Notes: generated by a model not told the origin, from the sequence alone. A DNA stretch of 64,000 bases from an uncultured Gammaproteobacteria bacterium (GCA_964367355.1 CAYIWY010000005.1:19133-83132), one strand, 5' to 3'. Positions 8,038 through 17,977 are shown, counted from the first letter of the stretch. Numbers and translations: made by a program.

Positions 8038-8463
8038 CTAGACTTCCAGTAATTGCGGCGTTACATCCACACGTTCGTTTCTGTTGAGCGGGATGCTGGC
8101 GTCGACGTTGTGCGGGTATTCCAGTCCGCGCTCGAGTATGTGGATGCGTGTTCTGCGAAGCGAGAACGCGTCAACAATCTTGTCGATTGCCGGGAGCTCG
8201 TCGAAGCCCTTGCACGAAAAGATGTCCACCCAAACCTGATTGTGTTCTGGAAATGTGTGGACAGCGATGTGACTTTCGGCGATCAAAACGAAGCCCGAAA
8301 TCCCCCAATCTTCTGGATTAACACCAGCGTACTCAAAGACGTTTGGCACCGAGATCTTGGTCATCCCGATTTCTTCGGGGTAACGGTCGAGAAGGTTGCG
8401 GACTAGTTCCAAGTCCCCGAGTTGCTTTGGGTCTCCTCCGAACCCATCGATCGTAACGTGCAT
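8038..8463 (-). CDS. speD: S-adenosylmethionine decarboxylase proenzyme family (pyruvoyl-dependent)
   Basis: GISGFVLIAESHIAVHTFPE self-cleavage motif, VDIFSCK. Confidence 0.88.
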   Translation of the reverse strand: MHVTIDGFGGDPKQLGDLELVRNLLDRYPEEIGMTKISVPNVFEYAGVNPEDWGISGFVLIAESHIAVHTFPEHNQVWVDIFSCKGFDELPAIDKIVDAFSLRRTRIHILERGLEYPHNVDASIPLNRNERVDVTPQLLEV

Positions 8464-8629
8464 CGGTCTTCTCCTTTCTACTAAAAAAGATCGTAAATTG
8501 AATTATTAAAAAATAAAAAGCTACTTGTCAATACAATGATTTGCAAATTTGAGGCCGTAGAGTTAAAATCTGCTTGTTCTCAACCGGAGAGAGCTGGCTA
8601 GTTCAAAATGGCAGGGCAAGAGAGGTCTT

Positions 8630-9571
8630 TTGCCAAAAAAGAGGAAGGATCTTCAAGTTGTTGCGTCTTGGATTGATAGGAGGATTATTAAGTCGCAGAA
8701 ACCTTCGGTTCTGCAATTAGCTCACGCTAAGAGCTACTTTGTCATTGAATGGGACCGGCCGAGGCTGCCGCCGTTGCAAGAGACTGGTTTCAAAGGTCCC
8801 AACAACTTAATGTACATTTCTGCAGGAAGTGTGCTTAACAGTCGTTGGATTACCATGGGAAGACATTCATACATGCGAAGATTTCTGGACAAACCAGAAG
8901 ACTTACAGCGGTTGGGAATCTATATCAAAAACGGTGTTCCCACAGTTCGGATCTATGAAGTTATTGACGGCCTTGCTTTTGCGGAGAGAAAAAGTGATCA
9001 CATGCTGGCTGGTTACCAGGAGGAACTGGCAAGTTTGCGCAATACCCTGAAGGAAGCCGAAATTCTTCTCGGGGATTTGTCGAAAGGCATGCCTCGCGAA
9101 AGACGGGTTAAACTAGAACTTCTAAGCTTCCGAACCAGCAAGCGGATTGAGAACATTCAGGCAATCATTGCTGACCATGCTTTCCGGCAAGTAAATTTGC
9201 ACTTTGCCTTCGAGCGGGCAGTCAGTCGTCTGAATGAGATGGCAGTGCTTTTGGAAAGGATTGTTTATCATGTTCGCACCCGTACGATACGAGTTGGTGC
9301 GATTCAAGTGGTGACAAACCGAATACTTTCAGAACTGCCCTTCTTTAATAGTAAGGAGATTCGTCTGGAAGTAAACAGTGCCAAACTGGTCTTGAGTGAA
9401 ATTTCGAGAGATGAGGACAAGCACTCAGTTGCAACGTGGTTAACTTCTGAAAAACTGCAAAAGACGGCTGATTATTTGTTCACTGCTTCTTCAAAACTTC
9501 TAGCTGCAGCGCTTGATGTACCAGAAGAAGAAAAACGGAGTGCTCGAGAGATTCTAACATTTGGACCGTAG
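8630..9571 (+). CDS. Hypothetical protein (313 aa, helical C-terminal half)
   Basis: Long ORF, GAGG SD, terminator AAAGCC..GGCTTT at about 9579-9612. Confidence 0.7.
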   Translation: MPKKRKDLQVVASWIDRRIIKSQKPSVLQLAHAKSYFVIEWDRPRLPPLQETGFKGPNNLMYISAGSVLNSRWITMGRHSYMRRFLDKPEDLQRLGIYIKNGVPTVRIYEVIDGLAFAERKSDHMLAGYQEELASLRNTLKEAEILLGDLSKGMPRERRVKLELLSFRTSKRIENIQAIIADHAFRQVNLHFAFERAVSRLNEMAVLLERIVYHVRTRTIRVGAIQVVTNRILSELPFFNSKEIRLEVNSAKLVLSEISRDEDKHSVATWLTSEKLQKTADYLFTASSKLLAAALDVPEEEKRSAREILTFGP

Positions 9572-9676
9572 TATCAATAAAGCCTTGTGCAATTAGTGCG
9601 CAGGGCTTTTCTTTTTGAAAAGAAAAAACCCGGCAGTCCAGTGGTCACGAATTGACTTAGGCTGTCGGGTTCACAT

Positions 9677-10075
9677 TTACGCTTCTCGAGGGGCTCCACT
9701 GAATGACACCAGGGTTGGGTCGTCCACGTAGTCCGGATCGGCGTACATTCCCGGATAGTCGACTTTTCTCTTTGAGGTCAGGTTGTGAACATCGTACTCG
9801 ATCGAACCAATTCGTTTTGAAGTCGAGTACCTTGCTGTGAACTTTGACCAGAAACCACGGATATGCAGTTCTCCTGTCAAATCCCAGACTTCTGGACCAG
9901 GAGCTCTGGTGCAACCGTGGATGATTGCTTCTACATTTCTTCTTGTAAGTCTCGATGGTGCCTCACCATAAACGATCGTTAGGTGGACAGAACGAAACAT
10001 ACCACCTGGTAGGTCGAACATTGCCACCGATAGGTCCCACTTGCTTGGACCATCTTTGATCTCTGCGCGTGGCAT
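9677..10075 (-). CDS. Hypothetical protein
   Basis: AGGAGGTG SD before ATG at 10075; TTGACT..TACAAT promoter upstream. Confidence 0.65.
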   Translation of the reverse strand: MPRAEIKDGPSKWDLSVAMFDLPGGMFRSVHLTIVYGEAPSRLTRRNVEAIIHGCTRAPGPEVWDLTGELHIRGFWSKFTARYSTSKRIGSIEYDVHNLTSKRKVDYPGMYADPDYVDDPTLVSFSGAPREA

Positions 10076-10229
10076 ACACCACACCTCCTGAAACTAACAT
10101 CCCAACCATCCGGAAAGGAATAAGCTTATTGTAGCATAATAAACCGAGAAAGTCAAGACTATGGGTTTGACTTTTAGGCTGATTTGTGGTATAATTCTTA
10201 TTAGTAAGTTGGAAGCTAGGAGGGCTGCA

Positions 10230-10583
10230 GTGGTCGACTGTCAAGGCTGTTCGAAAACGGATATGACCAACGGCTATGGTTACTGCAAAGATTGCGAGAA
10301 GATTTTCTGCAATCTCTGCCTCGGTAACCACCAGTGTTCGAAGAGGAAGAAGAAGGAGACCAAAACTTCGAGCAAGATCGTTCAGCTCCCGGTTCGGACG
10401 AAGAAAGGTGTGAAGCTTGACTACTTTCGAACTCTGACCCGTGATTGTCCAAACTGCGAACAGAAGATGACTTTCGCTGAAGGTTGTCTGTTCTGCCCAA
10501 ACTGTGGACGGACAATTAAAGGAGTGATAATACTGAGTGATTCCCGTCCTGTGAGCATTAAGGCCGCCAATCGGAAACGATAA
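10230..10583 (+). CDS. Double zinc-finger protein
   Basis: CxxC..CxxC..CxxC..HxC cluster and C-terminal CPNC..CPNC ribbon; AGGAGG SD before GTG 10230; TTGACT-N17-TATAAT promoter. Confidence 0.7.
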   Translation: MVDCQGCSKTDMTNGYGYCKDCEKIFCNLCLGNHQCSKRKKKETKTSSKIVQLPVRTKKGVKLDYFRTLTRDCPNCEQKMTFAEGCLFCPNCGRTIKGVIILSDSRPVSIKAANRKR

Positions 10584-10698
10584 CTGGCGGTCTTTCTCTT
10601 TTTAAAATATTCGTCAAACTCATCATTTTGCTGCGTAAAAAGTAGAAACCGCGAAAGAGAGAAAACTCAATCGCGGTTAAATAATGAGCTTATTTACC

Positions 10699-11844
10699 TC
10701 ACTCTACCTTATTGTCGGATGTTATCAGTTTGCCGGTGGGTATCTTCGGTTGTTTCCCGTCGATAGTAAAACCAAACAGGGCATCAGGTGGAAAGTTCGG
10801 ACAAGACCAAGCAAAAGTTGGCACCCCAACTTTAGACTCTTTTAATTCACGTCTTTTTTGGGCTTGTTCGAGACTATAACACTGGTGTTGCCACTCAATA
10901 TGCAAGTGGCTGCCATCACCAGTTGAGCTGCAAACAAAACCAGAATTGCCAGCTTGGGCGATTGGTTGACCTTGTTGGACTATGTCTCCAACTTTTACCA
11001 AGGCCGAATCTTGTAGAAGATGGACATAGGTCAGATTGACATCTTTGGAGGTTTGAATAACGATGACGTTGGTCTGGTCGCGAAGATTGCTAGAACACGA
11101 TCCAGCTCCAAAACTGTCTTCAATCCAAAGTACCATCCCCATTTCCGAGGCAACTATAGTATCCCCTTTCGTCATGTCAATGTCATAAGCACGGGTCGTT
11201 TTATGTTCCCCAACTCCGGGCAAAACCGTGAACTTGTGGCTTATTCCAGCTGGCCAAGGAAGTTTATAAACTGGCTCTTCCGCAAAAGCTCGTTTCCCAA
11301 TGATCCTGTTTCCGAGCTGGTCCGTGTTTGTTGGAACGAACGTTACTTCAGTGTAAACGTCATTGAAATCCCGATCGGTATAGTCCTCCCAAGAAATTGT
11401 CCAGCTCTCCCCACCGTTGTGACGGATTCGGGCATGACTTGGATTGGTGGAAACCCGACTGGTTTTACAAAAACCAGGAGTGCTAATTCCGAGAATTATT
11501 TCTGTTCCAGCTGGATATGGTCCAATCTCGACGTTTTGAATCCCAGCTCCGTAATTGTGAAGTAAAATCTGCTCTGCATTTTTTTCCGTACCCGGAGTTT
11601 TCCCTTTGTCCTTTGGCTTATTACTCGGCGAAGAATAAATCAATTTAAGTTCTGGGCTGACCAAAACCAATTGACCCTGTTTACAGATCGCTTTTCCTGG
11701 CCAAGTCCTTAATACTACTGTGGATTCTTTTCCCAGAATCAGCTTTCCACTAACAGTAGAAGTTGTAGGTAAATAACCCGCAGCCTCTGCTTTAGTCAAC
11801 GACAAAACTAGCCAAAAAGCCAGGGTAAGAAATACCCAACGCAT
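10699..11844 (-). CDS. Secreted M23-family metallopeptidase
   Basis: Signal peptide; H..YDID, YVHL, AGNSG, GSHLHIE motifs. Confidence 0.85.
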   Translation of the reverse strand: MRWVFLTLAFWLVLSLTKAEAAGYLPTTSTVSGKLILGKESTVVLRTWPGKAICKQGQLVLVSPELKLIYSSPSNKPKDKGKTPGTEKNAEQILLHNYGAGIQNVEIGPYPAGTEIILGISTPGFCKTSRVSTNPSHARIRHNGGESWTISWEDYTDRDFNDVYTEVTFVPTNTDQLGNRIIGKRAFAEEPVYKLPWPAGISHKFTVLPGVGEHKTTRAYDIDMTKGDTIVASEMGMVLWIEDSFGAGSCSSNLRDQTNVIVIQTSKDVNLTYVHLLQDSALVKVGDIVQQGQPIAQAGNSGFVCSSTGDGSHLHIEWQHQCYSLEQAQKRRELKESKVGVPTFAWSCPNFPPDALFGFTIDGKQPKIPTGKLITSDNKVE

Positions 11845-11994
11845 GAAGTCTCTCCTACTAGCGGAATTTGTGGTTGTTAAAGTGCGCTTCTTAGTATCGG
11901 TCTACTCGATTGATCGCGTCAATATCCAATAATTAACTACTTTTACGTCGCACAATGGTTGCTTTCTGCGTAGAGATTAGTTAAACTTTACTTA

Positions 11995-12204
11995 ATGCTC
12001 TCCTCAAAGATCGTAATTATTCTGGCAAGTTCTCTGACGGGTCTACTTTTAGGTCTCCTTTCCTACCCTTTAGTTTTACGCTTACTTGGAAACAACCATT
12101 ATCAAATGACAGAAGAGCTTATATCTGTTGCTGTGGGTTTGTGTATTTCAATTTTTGCAGGTGTAACTATTGGCAATATTTTGGAAAGAAGGTTGAAAAA
12201 ATGA
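11995..12204 (+). CDS. Small two-TM membrane protein
   Basis: Two hydrophobic segments; ATGA overlap with the recombinase start. Confidence 0.55.
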   Translation: MLSSKIVIILASSLTGLLLGLLSYPLVLRLLGNNHYQMTEELISVAVGLCISIFAGVTIGNILERRLKK

Positions 12205-13124
12205 CACTTTCCAAACACATTACTGACTTTCTCGAACATCTTGAAATTGAAAAAAATGCGGCGCAACTGACGATTCGCAATTATGATCATTATTTAAAAC
12301 GCTTCGTCGATTTTGCTGGTGATATTGAGCCCAAGGGTATTAATCAAGAAATGGTGCGTAAATATCGCGTTTTTCTCGCTCGGTGGGAGGATCCTAAAAG
12401 TGGTTTGTCTTTGAAAAAAGTTACCCAAAATTATTTTGTCATTGCCTTGCGGGCTTTTCTGCGTTATTTAGCCAAAAACGACATTGAAACTTTAGCAGCG
12501 GAAAAAATTGAACTCGGTGATCAAGATCCGCGTCCGATTAAAGTTCTCGATACCGACCAACTTTCGCGTCTACTATCTTCCCCGGATATTGGAACTAATG
12601 ACGGTTTACGTGACAAAGCTATTCTCGAAACCTTGTTTTCCACTGGGCTGCGGGTTAGCGAATTACAAAAACTCAACCGCGATAAGATTAACCTCTCACG
12701 TCGGGAATTTGGAATTGTTGGCAAAGGGGGAAAAGAGCGAGTTGTTTTTATTTCTGACGACGCGGCCGATTGGATTGATCGTTATTTAAAAACGCGGTCG
12801 GATCGTTACAATCCTCTATTTATCCGTTATTCCGGAGGCGAAGATCCCAGTAAGAACGGTGAAAAAATGCGCCTCTCCGTGCGCTCGATTGAACGAGTAT
12901 TAGATAAGTATGTAAGAAAGGCACAAATTCCGATCAAAGCTTCGCCGCATACTTTGCGCCACTCTTTTGCCACAGACTTATTAATTAATGGTGCCGATAT
13001 CCGTAGTGTTCAAGAAATGCTTGGACATGCCAACATCGCTACCACTCAAATCTATACGCACATCACTAATAAACATCTGAAAGACGTTCATAAGGCTTTT
13101 CATAGTGGAAATAAGGATCAATAA
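12201..13124 (+). CDS. XerC/XerD-type tyrosine recombinase
   Basis: TGLRVSE, GKGGKER, HTLRHSFAT, LGHANIATTQIY; start set at ATG 12201. Confidence 0.93.
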   Translation: MTLSKHITDFLEHLEIEKNAAQLTIRNYDHYLKRFVDFAGDIEPKGINQEMVRKYRVFLARWEDPKSGLSLKKVTQNYFVIALRAFLRYLAKNDIETLAAEKIELGDQDPRPIKVLDTDQLSRLLSSPDIGTNDGLRDKAILETLFSTGLRVSELQKLNRDKINLSRREFGIVGKGGKERVVFISDDAADWIDRYLKTRSDRYNPLFIRYSGGEDPSKNGEKMRLSVRSIERVLDKYVRKAQIPIKASPHTLRHSFATDLLINGADIRSVQEMLGHANIATTQIYTHITNKHLKDVHKAFHSGNKDQ

Positions 13125-13221
13125 GAATTAATCCTTGCGCTTAGAAAGCTAAAGGATCAATAAGCTTTGGCTTGCGCCTTTGAAGGCTAAAGAATTAATC
13201 CTTGCGCTTAAGAAAGCTAAA
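13113..13221 (+). repeat. Imperfect tandem direct repeats at the recombinase 3' end
   Basis: AAGAATTAATCCTTGCGCTTA x2, AAGGATCAATAAG x2, CTTGCGC..GAARGCTAAA x3. Confidence 0.8.
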
Positions 13222-13425
13222 AGAAGAATAAAAAAAGGAAAAGACCCACTGAAAGTGAGTCTTTATAAATTTAGTAAATTCTTATCCCTCTTTTCTTCCG
13301 ACGACTAGGTGTAAATAAAAAGCCCCAGGATTCCAATTTTTTCTTCGGTTGTTTCGCCCGGGCAATTCGTGAAGGTTTCTTGCGCATCGCACTGCGGTGG
13401 TCAAAGTTTGGGCCCTTTCGATACG

Positions 13426-13725
13426 TTAGCCGCATTCGTTAGCCAATCTCCTCCAGGTGGTGATCTCTGTGCTGATTGCCGTTTCAATTTCCGAAACCAT
13501 TTGACTACTGGTATTGGGGTCCGAAGATAGTCCCAAATGCAAAGGTTGACAGGTCTCCAAAATTGCCTGCTGTGTTTTGTTGGTAATCAGATCTTCAACA
13601 AACGCTCTGCGTGTCAATGCTTGAACAGTGGTAAAGCCAGTGTCAAAGCGTAAGGCAGTCAGTAATGCGTGCTTGAGGCTTCGTAACTGGTCAATTTGAT
13701 CCTTGGTAGACGTCGTCAACCTCAT
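13426..13725 (-). CDS. Hypothetical protein
   Basis: AAAGGAG SD, 99 aa ORF. Confidence 0.55.
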   Translation of the reverse strand: MRLTTSTKDQIDQLRSLKHALLTALRFDTGFTTVQALTRRAFVEDLITNKTQQAILETCQPLHLGLSSDPNTSSQMVSEIETAISTEITTWRRLANECG

Positions 13726-13823
13726 CTCCTTTGATTTTACCCCTTTGAAAACTTTTTATATCATAACTATAAGATAAAGGAAAGCCTCAACTTTGTTAAG
13801 TTAAGGCTTTTTGTGGGTCTGAC

Positions 13824-14129
13824 CTAGGAGACTGCCGCTTGTTTTTCCGGAAAGACATCCTTCAGGCCGATGCAGAAAAGATTGTGTAGGCGCCAGAGGT
13901 TTCTTTCCCAGTATTTAGTTGTCTCCAAGTGTTGGCGGACTTTCTCGAGATGCTTCTGTATGTAGCTCAAGAGATTCTTAAGTGCATCTTCGACAATAAT
14001 CCCCAAACGCAGAGCCTCGTTAAGGGTGTTAATTAACCGATGTTCCGTGTCCATGACATCCTGTTCCCGAACGTCCTTTGGGCGGGCTTCGACAATCAGT
14101 TGGTTGAAAAGACCGTAACTCCCTTCCAT
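13824..14129 (-). CDS. Hypothetical protein
   Basis: GGGAGG SD, TTGACA promoter upstream, AAAAGCCTTAAC hairpin downstream. Confidence 0.65.
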   Translation of the reverse strand: MEGSYGLFNQLIVEARPKDVREQDVMDTEHRLINTLNEALRLGIIVEDALKNLLSYIQKHLEKVRQHLETTKYWERNLWRLHNLFCIGLKDVFPEKQAAVS

Positions 14130-14347
14130 GGTACCTCCCTGCCAGTGCTTGCTTGTTTAACTTAAGGATACGCCTCGCAAATTTTGATTGTCAAGAAAGT
14201 TTGTTCCAGTATCCACACTCTTAGTTCGAGGGTCAGGCCCGTAGGCGTAGTTTGTTTAGCGAAGAGTAAAGGTTTGCTTTTTCAGTAGGCTTGAATTAAC
14301 ATTATTCACAATATGCTGCTAAAGCATCAGTAATTTGAAGATAAATT

Positions 14348-15580
14348 ATGGAAATAGAAAAAACTGATCCGGTAATTGCAAAATTAATTAATAAAGAAAA
14401 ACTCAGACAAGAGTCTGTCTTAAATCTCGTAGCTAGCGAAAACTATGTTTCAGTTGCAATCAGAGAAGCTTCAGGTTCTGTTTTAACCAATAAATACGCC
14501 GAAGGCTATCCCAGAAAACGCTATTACGGTGGAACTGCCGTTATTGACGAAGTGGAACAACTGGCGATCGAGAGAGCCAAAAAACTTTTCGGTGCCGAAC
14601 ATGCCAATGTCCAACCCTACTCTGGGACAAACCCAAACTTAGCTGTTTATTTTGCCGTAATGGAACCAGGAGATACCGCTATGGCGATGAATTTGCAAGC
14701 CGGTGGTCACCTTTCGCACGGCTCTCCCATGTCGATTTCAGGAAAAATATTTAACTTTGTTCAGTACGGGGTTAACTTAGAAACTGAACTTCTAGATTAT
14801 TCTGAAATTGAAAAAATTGCAAAGAAAGAAAAACCAAAATTGATTGTTGCTGGTGCGTCAGCCTACAGTCGGTTAATCGATTATAAACGCTTTCGAGAAA
14901 TTGCCGATTCGGTCGGTGCCTACTTACTCGTGGATATGGCCCACATTGCCGGATTGGTTGCAGCTAAAGTTATTCCCTCTCCAATTCCACATGCCCATTT
15001 TGTGACTAGTTCAACCCACAAAACTTTGCGTGGTCCCAGAGGTGGTTTGATACTTTGCAAAGAAGAATTTGCTGAGAAAGTCGATAAAGCTCTTTTCCCG
15101 GGTCTTCAAGGTGGCCCACTAGAAAATATTATTGCTGCTAAAGCTGTAGCCCTCGAAGAGGCAGCAAAACCGAAATTTAAAATCTATGCTGAAAACATAA
15201 TTAACAATGCGAAAAGTTTAGCTGAAAATTTGGAAGCAGAGGGTTTTCGGATTGTGTCCGGTGGAACCGATAACCACTTATTAAATATTGATTTTGGCAA
15301 TGATGGTTTGACTGGAAAGGAGGCGGAAAGCATTCTCGAATCAGTCAATATTATTGTTAACCGTGAAGTTGTGCCCCGCGACACTCGTAAGCCTTATATT
15401 GCCTCTGGTATTCGACTCGGTACTTCGGTGGTAACAACCAGAAAAATGGGACAAGAACAAATGAAAACTATCGCCCAGTTGGTAGCAGCTGCGCTGAAAT
15501 CCAAAGACGACCAAGCAAAAAAAACCTCTATTCTTAACGATGTAACCGATCTGACAATGCAATTTCTTTTGCCTGATTAA
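14348..15580 (+). CDS. glyA: Serine hydroxymethyltransferase
   Basis: [29 protein letters not shown] motif. Confidence 0.98.
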   Translation: MEIEKTDPVIAKLINKEKLRQESVLNLVASENYVSVAIREASGSVLTNKYAEGYPRKRYYGGTAVIDEVEQLAIERAKKLFGAEHANVQPYSGTNPNLAVYFAVMEPGDTAMAMNLQAGGHLSHGSPMSISGKIFNFVQYGVNLETELLDYSEIEKIAKKEKPKLIVAGASAYSRLIDYKRFREIADSVGAYLLVDMAHIAGLVAAKVIPSPIPHAHFVTSSTHKTLRGPRGGLILCKEEFAEKVDKALFPGLQGGPLENIIAAKAVALEEAAKPKFKIYAENIINNAKSLAENLEAEGFRIVSGGTDNHLLNIDFGNDGLTGKEAESILESVNIIVNREVVPRDTRKPYIASGIRLGTSVVTTRKMGQEQMKTIAQLVAAALKSKDDQAKKTSILNDVTDLTMQFLLPD

Positions 15581-15604
15581 ATTTAAGTAATTACTTGCAG
15601 TAAA

Positions 15605-15669
15605 TTTAAAAAACACGTATGCTAAAAACACTGGAATTTAGAAAATAAATAATATCGCTATTGCGATAC
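15605..15669 (+). repeat. Intergenic hairpin family, degenerate copy
   Basis: TTTAAAAA..GTATGC-TAAAAA-(40-nt loop in total)-GCGATAC; compare 25324 and 35720. Confidence 0.5.
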
Positions 15670-15703
15670 AAGAAGCGAGCGATATAATCGCGAGACAATT
15701 ATA

Positions 15704-17977
15704 ATGCCGATCACTGCCGCGCCATCTGTAATCTTTGATTTTGCTTTTAACCCCTACGCTCTTCTTTCGTTGTTTGGTATCGTCGTAGATTTAGTTCTCA
15801 TCTATCTAATTCTTTCTCGTGGTTTGCAAAGTAGTGCCAATAAATGGTTTACCCTGTTTCTATCTTTTCTTGTCCTTTGGGGTATTGGGGAATTTCTTGG
15901 ACGTATGAGTAACAATGTAATTGCGTCCAATTTTTGGGGATCAGTCAGTTCTCCAGGATACGTTTTCATGAGTCCCGTGTTTTTCACATTTACTTTAGCC
16001 TATGTCGGTAAGGAGAGTTTCCTGGAGGGCTTTGGCAAACGGGTATTAGTTTTTGGTTCTTCCCTACTGATGATTTTTTTGGTCTGGAATACCGACCTTA
16101 TAATTGTCCATACCCTAAAAGGAATTGAAAGAGTGCCCTGGGGTTGGAATGGTCCATCTGGCGATTATTTTCCGATATTTATTGTTTGGTTGGAATCTTT
16201 TTTTATTGTCTCACTTTACCTTTTAATTCGTTATTACCGTAAGGTCTCAGATCAGCTTAAAAAAAGACAAACTCTGCTGATAATTATTGCGCTTTTGATT
16301 CCGCTTATTCCTGGAACTTTCACTGATGCGCTATTTCCGATAATTGAGGTTATTTTTCCCGGAACAGCAATTTTATTTACCTCGGTTCTGGGGATGATAA
16401 CTACTTATGCCATTTTAAAATACAAACTCTTTGTCATTAACCCGGCGACTCACTTTGCCAATATCGTGAAAACGATGAATGAGGCAATGATTGTTTTTAA
16501 CAATAATAAAGAAATTGAGTTTGCAAACGAAGCAGCGGAAAGATTGTTTGGTTATGCACTTGATGAGCTAACGCACAAAAAAATCCAAGATTTAATCAAA
16601 GATCAAAACGCACGTAATTCTTTTGAATGGAATTTTTCCGATAAACTTAACCAGGATAAACTAATCAATGGCTTTGAAATTGATTTTAATAATAAAAACG
16701 GCGAGGTTGTACCCGTTAGTTTATCGGGGGCTTCTTTGAAAGATAGTAATGGAGAGTCAGTTGGGTCGGTCATGATTGCAGCCGATATGAGAGAGTTGAA
16801 AAAACTAGTTTACAACCTTGTCGCTGAAAGAAATAAACTGAGTATTACACTTTCGGGAATTTCGGAAGGAGTTTTTGTAGTTGATAAAACTGGTGTAGTT
16901 TCCTTTTTAAATCAAGCGGCGGAAAGAATATTTGGGATGAAAGGATCTCAAGTACTCGGTAAAAAAGCTGACGATGTTTTTAAAATCGAAGACGATGACG
17001 GAAGAATTGTGGTTGAGTATTTTTTTCCGAAAGAAAAGCTTTCCAAAGATATGGTTACCTTTAGCCGCAATGGAGTAAAAATTACTCAACCAGGTGACAA
17101 GTTGGTTTTTGCTGATCTAATTGCCGCCAATATTGTTGAAGGAGAAGGTGTTAATCTCGGAGCGATTGTGACACTGCACGACGTTTCCAAGGAAAAAGAT
17201 TTGGAAGAAATGAAGCTGGACTTTGTTTCCATGGCAGCCCATGAGTTGCGTACGCCACTAACCTCGATTCGAGGCTATCTTTCCGTATTACAAGAGGAGA
17301 TTGGAAAAACCCTAAAGCCAGAGCAATCATCCTTCCTAGAAAAAGCTTTTATTTCGAGTACGCAACTGGCCGCTTTAGTTGAGAATTTACTGTCCGTTTC
17401 TCGAATTGAGCGTGGGTCATTGCAAATCCAAGCTCAACCAACCCACTGGGAGCCTTTGATAGACGAGACTTACAACAACTTCTTACCCCAAGCATCTGAA
17501 CGCCAAGTCAAACTGACCTTTGTAAAACCAAAAGAGGATCTTCCATTGGTTTTAGTCGACCGTTTTCGTATTAGCGAGGTTGTTTCCAATTTAGTTAGTA
17601 ACGCCTTGAACTACACCCCGTCTGGAGGGTCTGTCGAAATTTCCCTGGAACATAAAGATAAGGAAGTTATTACTCATGTAATTGATACTGGTCCAGGAAT
17701 TCCGGAGGCCGCCCTACCGAAGCTTTTCACCAAATTTTTCCGTGTCTCTGGTGTTTTGGAGCAAGGCTCAAAAGGGACTGGACTTGGGCTTTATATTTCA
17801 AAAGCAGTGGTTGATATGCACAAAGGACGAATCTGGGTTGAGTCAACTTTAGGAAAAGGTAGCGTCTTTTCTTTTAGTGTGCCAGTTTCGAAGGTTCAGG
17901 ATTTACCAAATTCACCAAAGTACCCGGCTGGAAAACAAATGTTTTTAAAGAAAAAAGTAGAAAAAGCTAAAAGGTAA
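15704..17977 (+). CDS. Sensor histidine kinase (7TM N-terminus, two PAS domains, HisKA, HATPase)
   Basis: About seven TM segments, AAHELRTPLT H-box, NLVSNAL, DTGPGI, GTGLGL. Confidence 0.93.
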   Translation: MPITAAPSVIFDFAFNPYALLSLFGIVVDLVLIYLILSRGLQSSANKWFTLFLSFLVLWGIGEFLGRMSNNVIASNFWGSVSSPGYVFMSPVFFTFTLAYVGKESFLEGFGKRVLVFGSSLLMIFLVWNTDLIIVHTLKGIERVPWGWNGPSGDYFPIFIVWLESFFIVSLYLLIRYYRKVSDQLKKRQTLLIIIALLIPLIPGTFTDALFPIIEVIFPGTAILFTSVLGMITTYAILKYKLFVINPATHFANIVKTMNEAMIVFNNNKEIEFANEAAERLFGYALDELTHKKIQDLIKDQNARNSFEWNFSDKLNQDKLINGFEIDFNNKNGEVVPVSLSGASLKDSNGESVGSVMIAADMRELKKLVYNLVAERNKLSITLSGISEGVFVVDKTGVVSFLNQAAERIFGMKGSQVLGKKADDVFKIEDDDGRIVVEYFFPKEKLSKDMVTFSRNGVKITQPGDKLVFADLIAANIVEGEGVNLGAIVTLHDVSKEKDLEEMKLDFVSMAAHELRTPLTSIRGYLSVLQEEIGKTLKPEQSSFLEKAFISSTQLAALVENLLSVSRIERGSLQIQAQPTHWEPLIDETYNNFLPQASERQVKLTFVKPKEDLPLVLVDRFRISEVVSNLVSNALNYTPSGGSVEISLEHKDKEVITHVIDTGPGIPEAALPKLFTKFFRVSGVLEQGSKGTGLGLYISKAVVDMHKGRIWVESTLGKGSVFSFSVPVSKVQDLPNSPKYPAGKQMFLKKKVEKAKR

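Noticed and set aside
13113-13221. CRISPR array
   Set aside because: Units are adjacent without unique spacers of regular length, and no cas genes are present
13271-13387. 38-aa basic ORF MRKKPSRIARAKQPKKK on the minus strand
   Set aside because: No SD at suitable spacing and no supporting motif, so left uncalled
12201-14129. Integron (integrase plus cassette array)
   Set aside because: The recombinase looks like a housekeeping Xer without the IntI insertion; no attC-like RYYYAAC..GTTRRRY sites were seen and the neighbouring genes have their own promoters
14217-14268. SRP RNA or ZTP riboswitch upstream of glyA
   Set aside because: GTCAGGCCCGTAGG only loosely resembles SRP helix 8 and lacks the GNRA loop and AGCAG; ZTP consensus elements were not found; more likely a degenerate palindromic repeat
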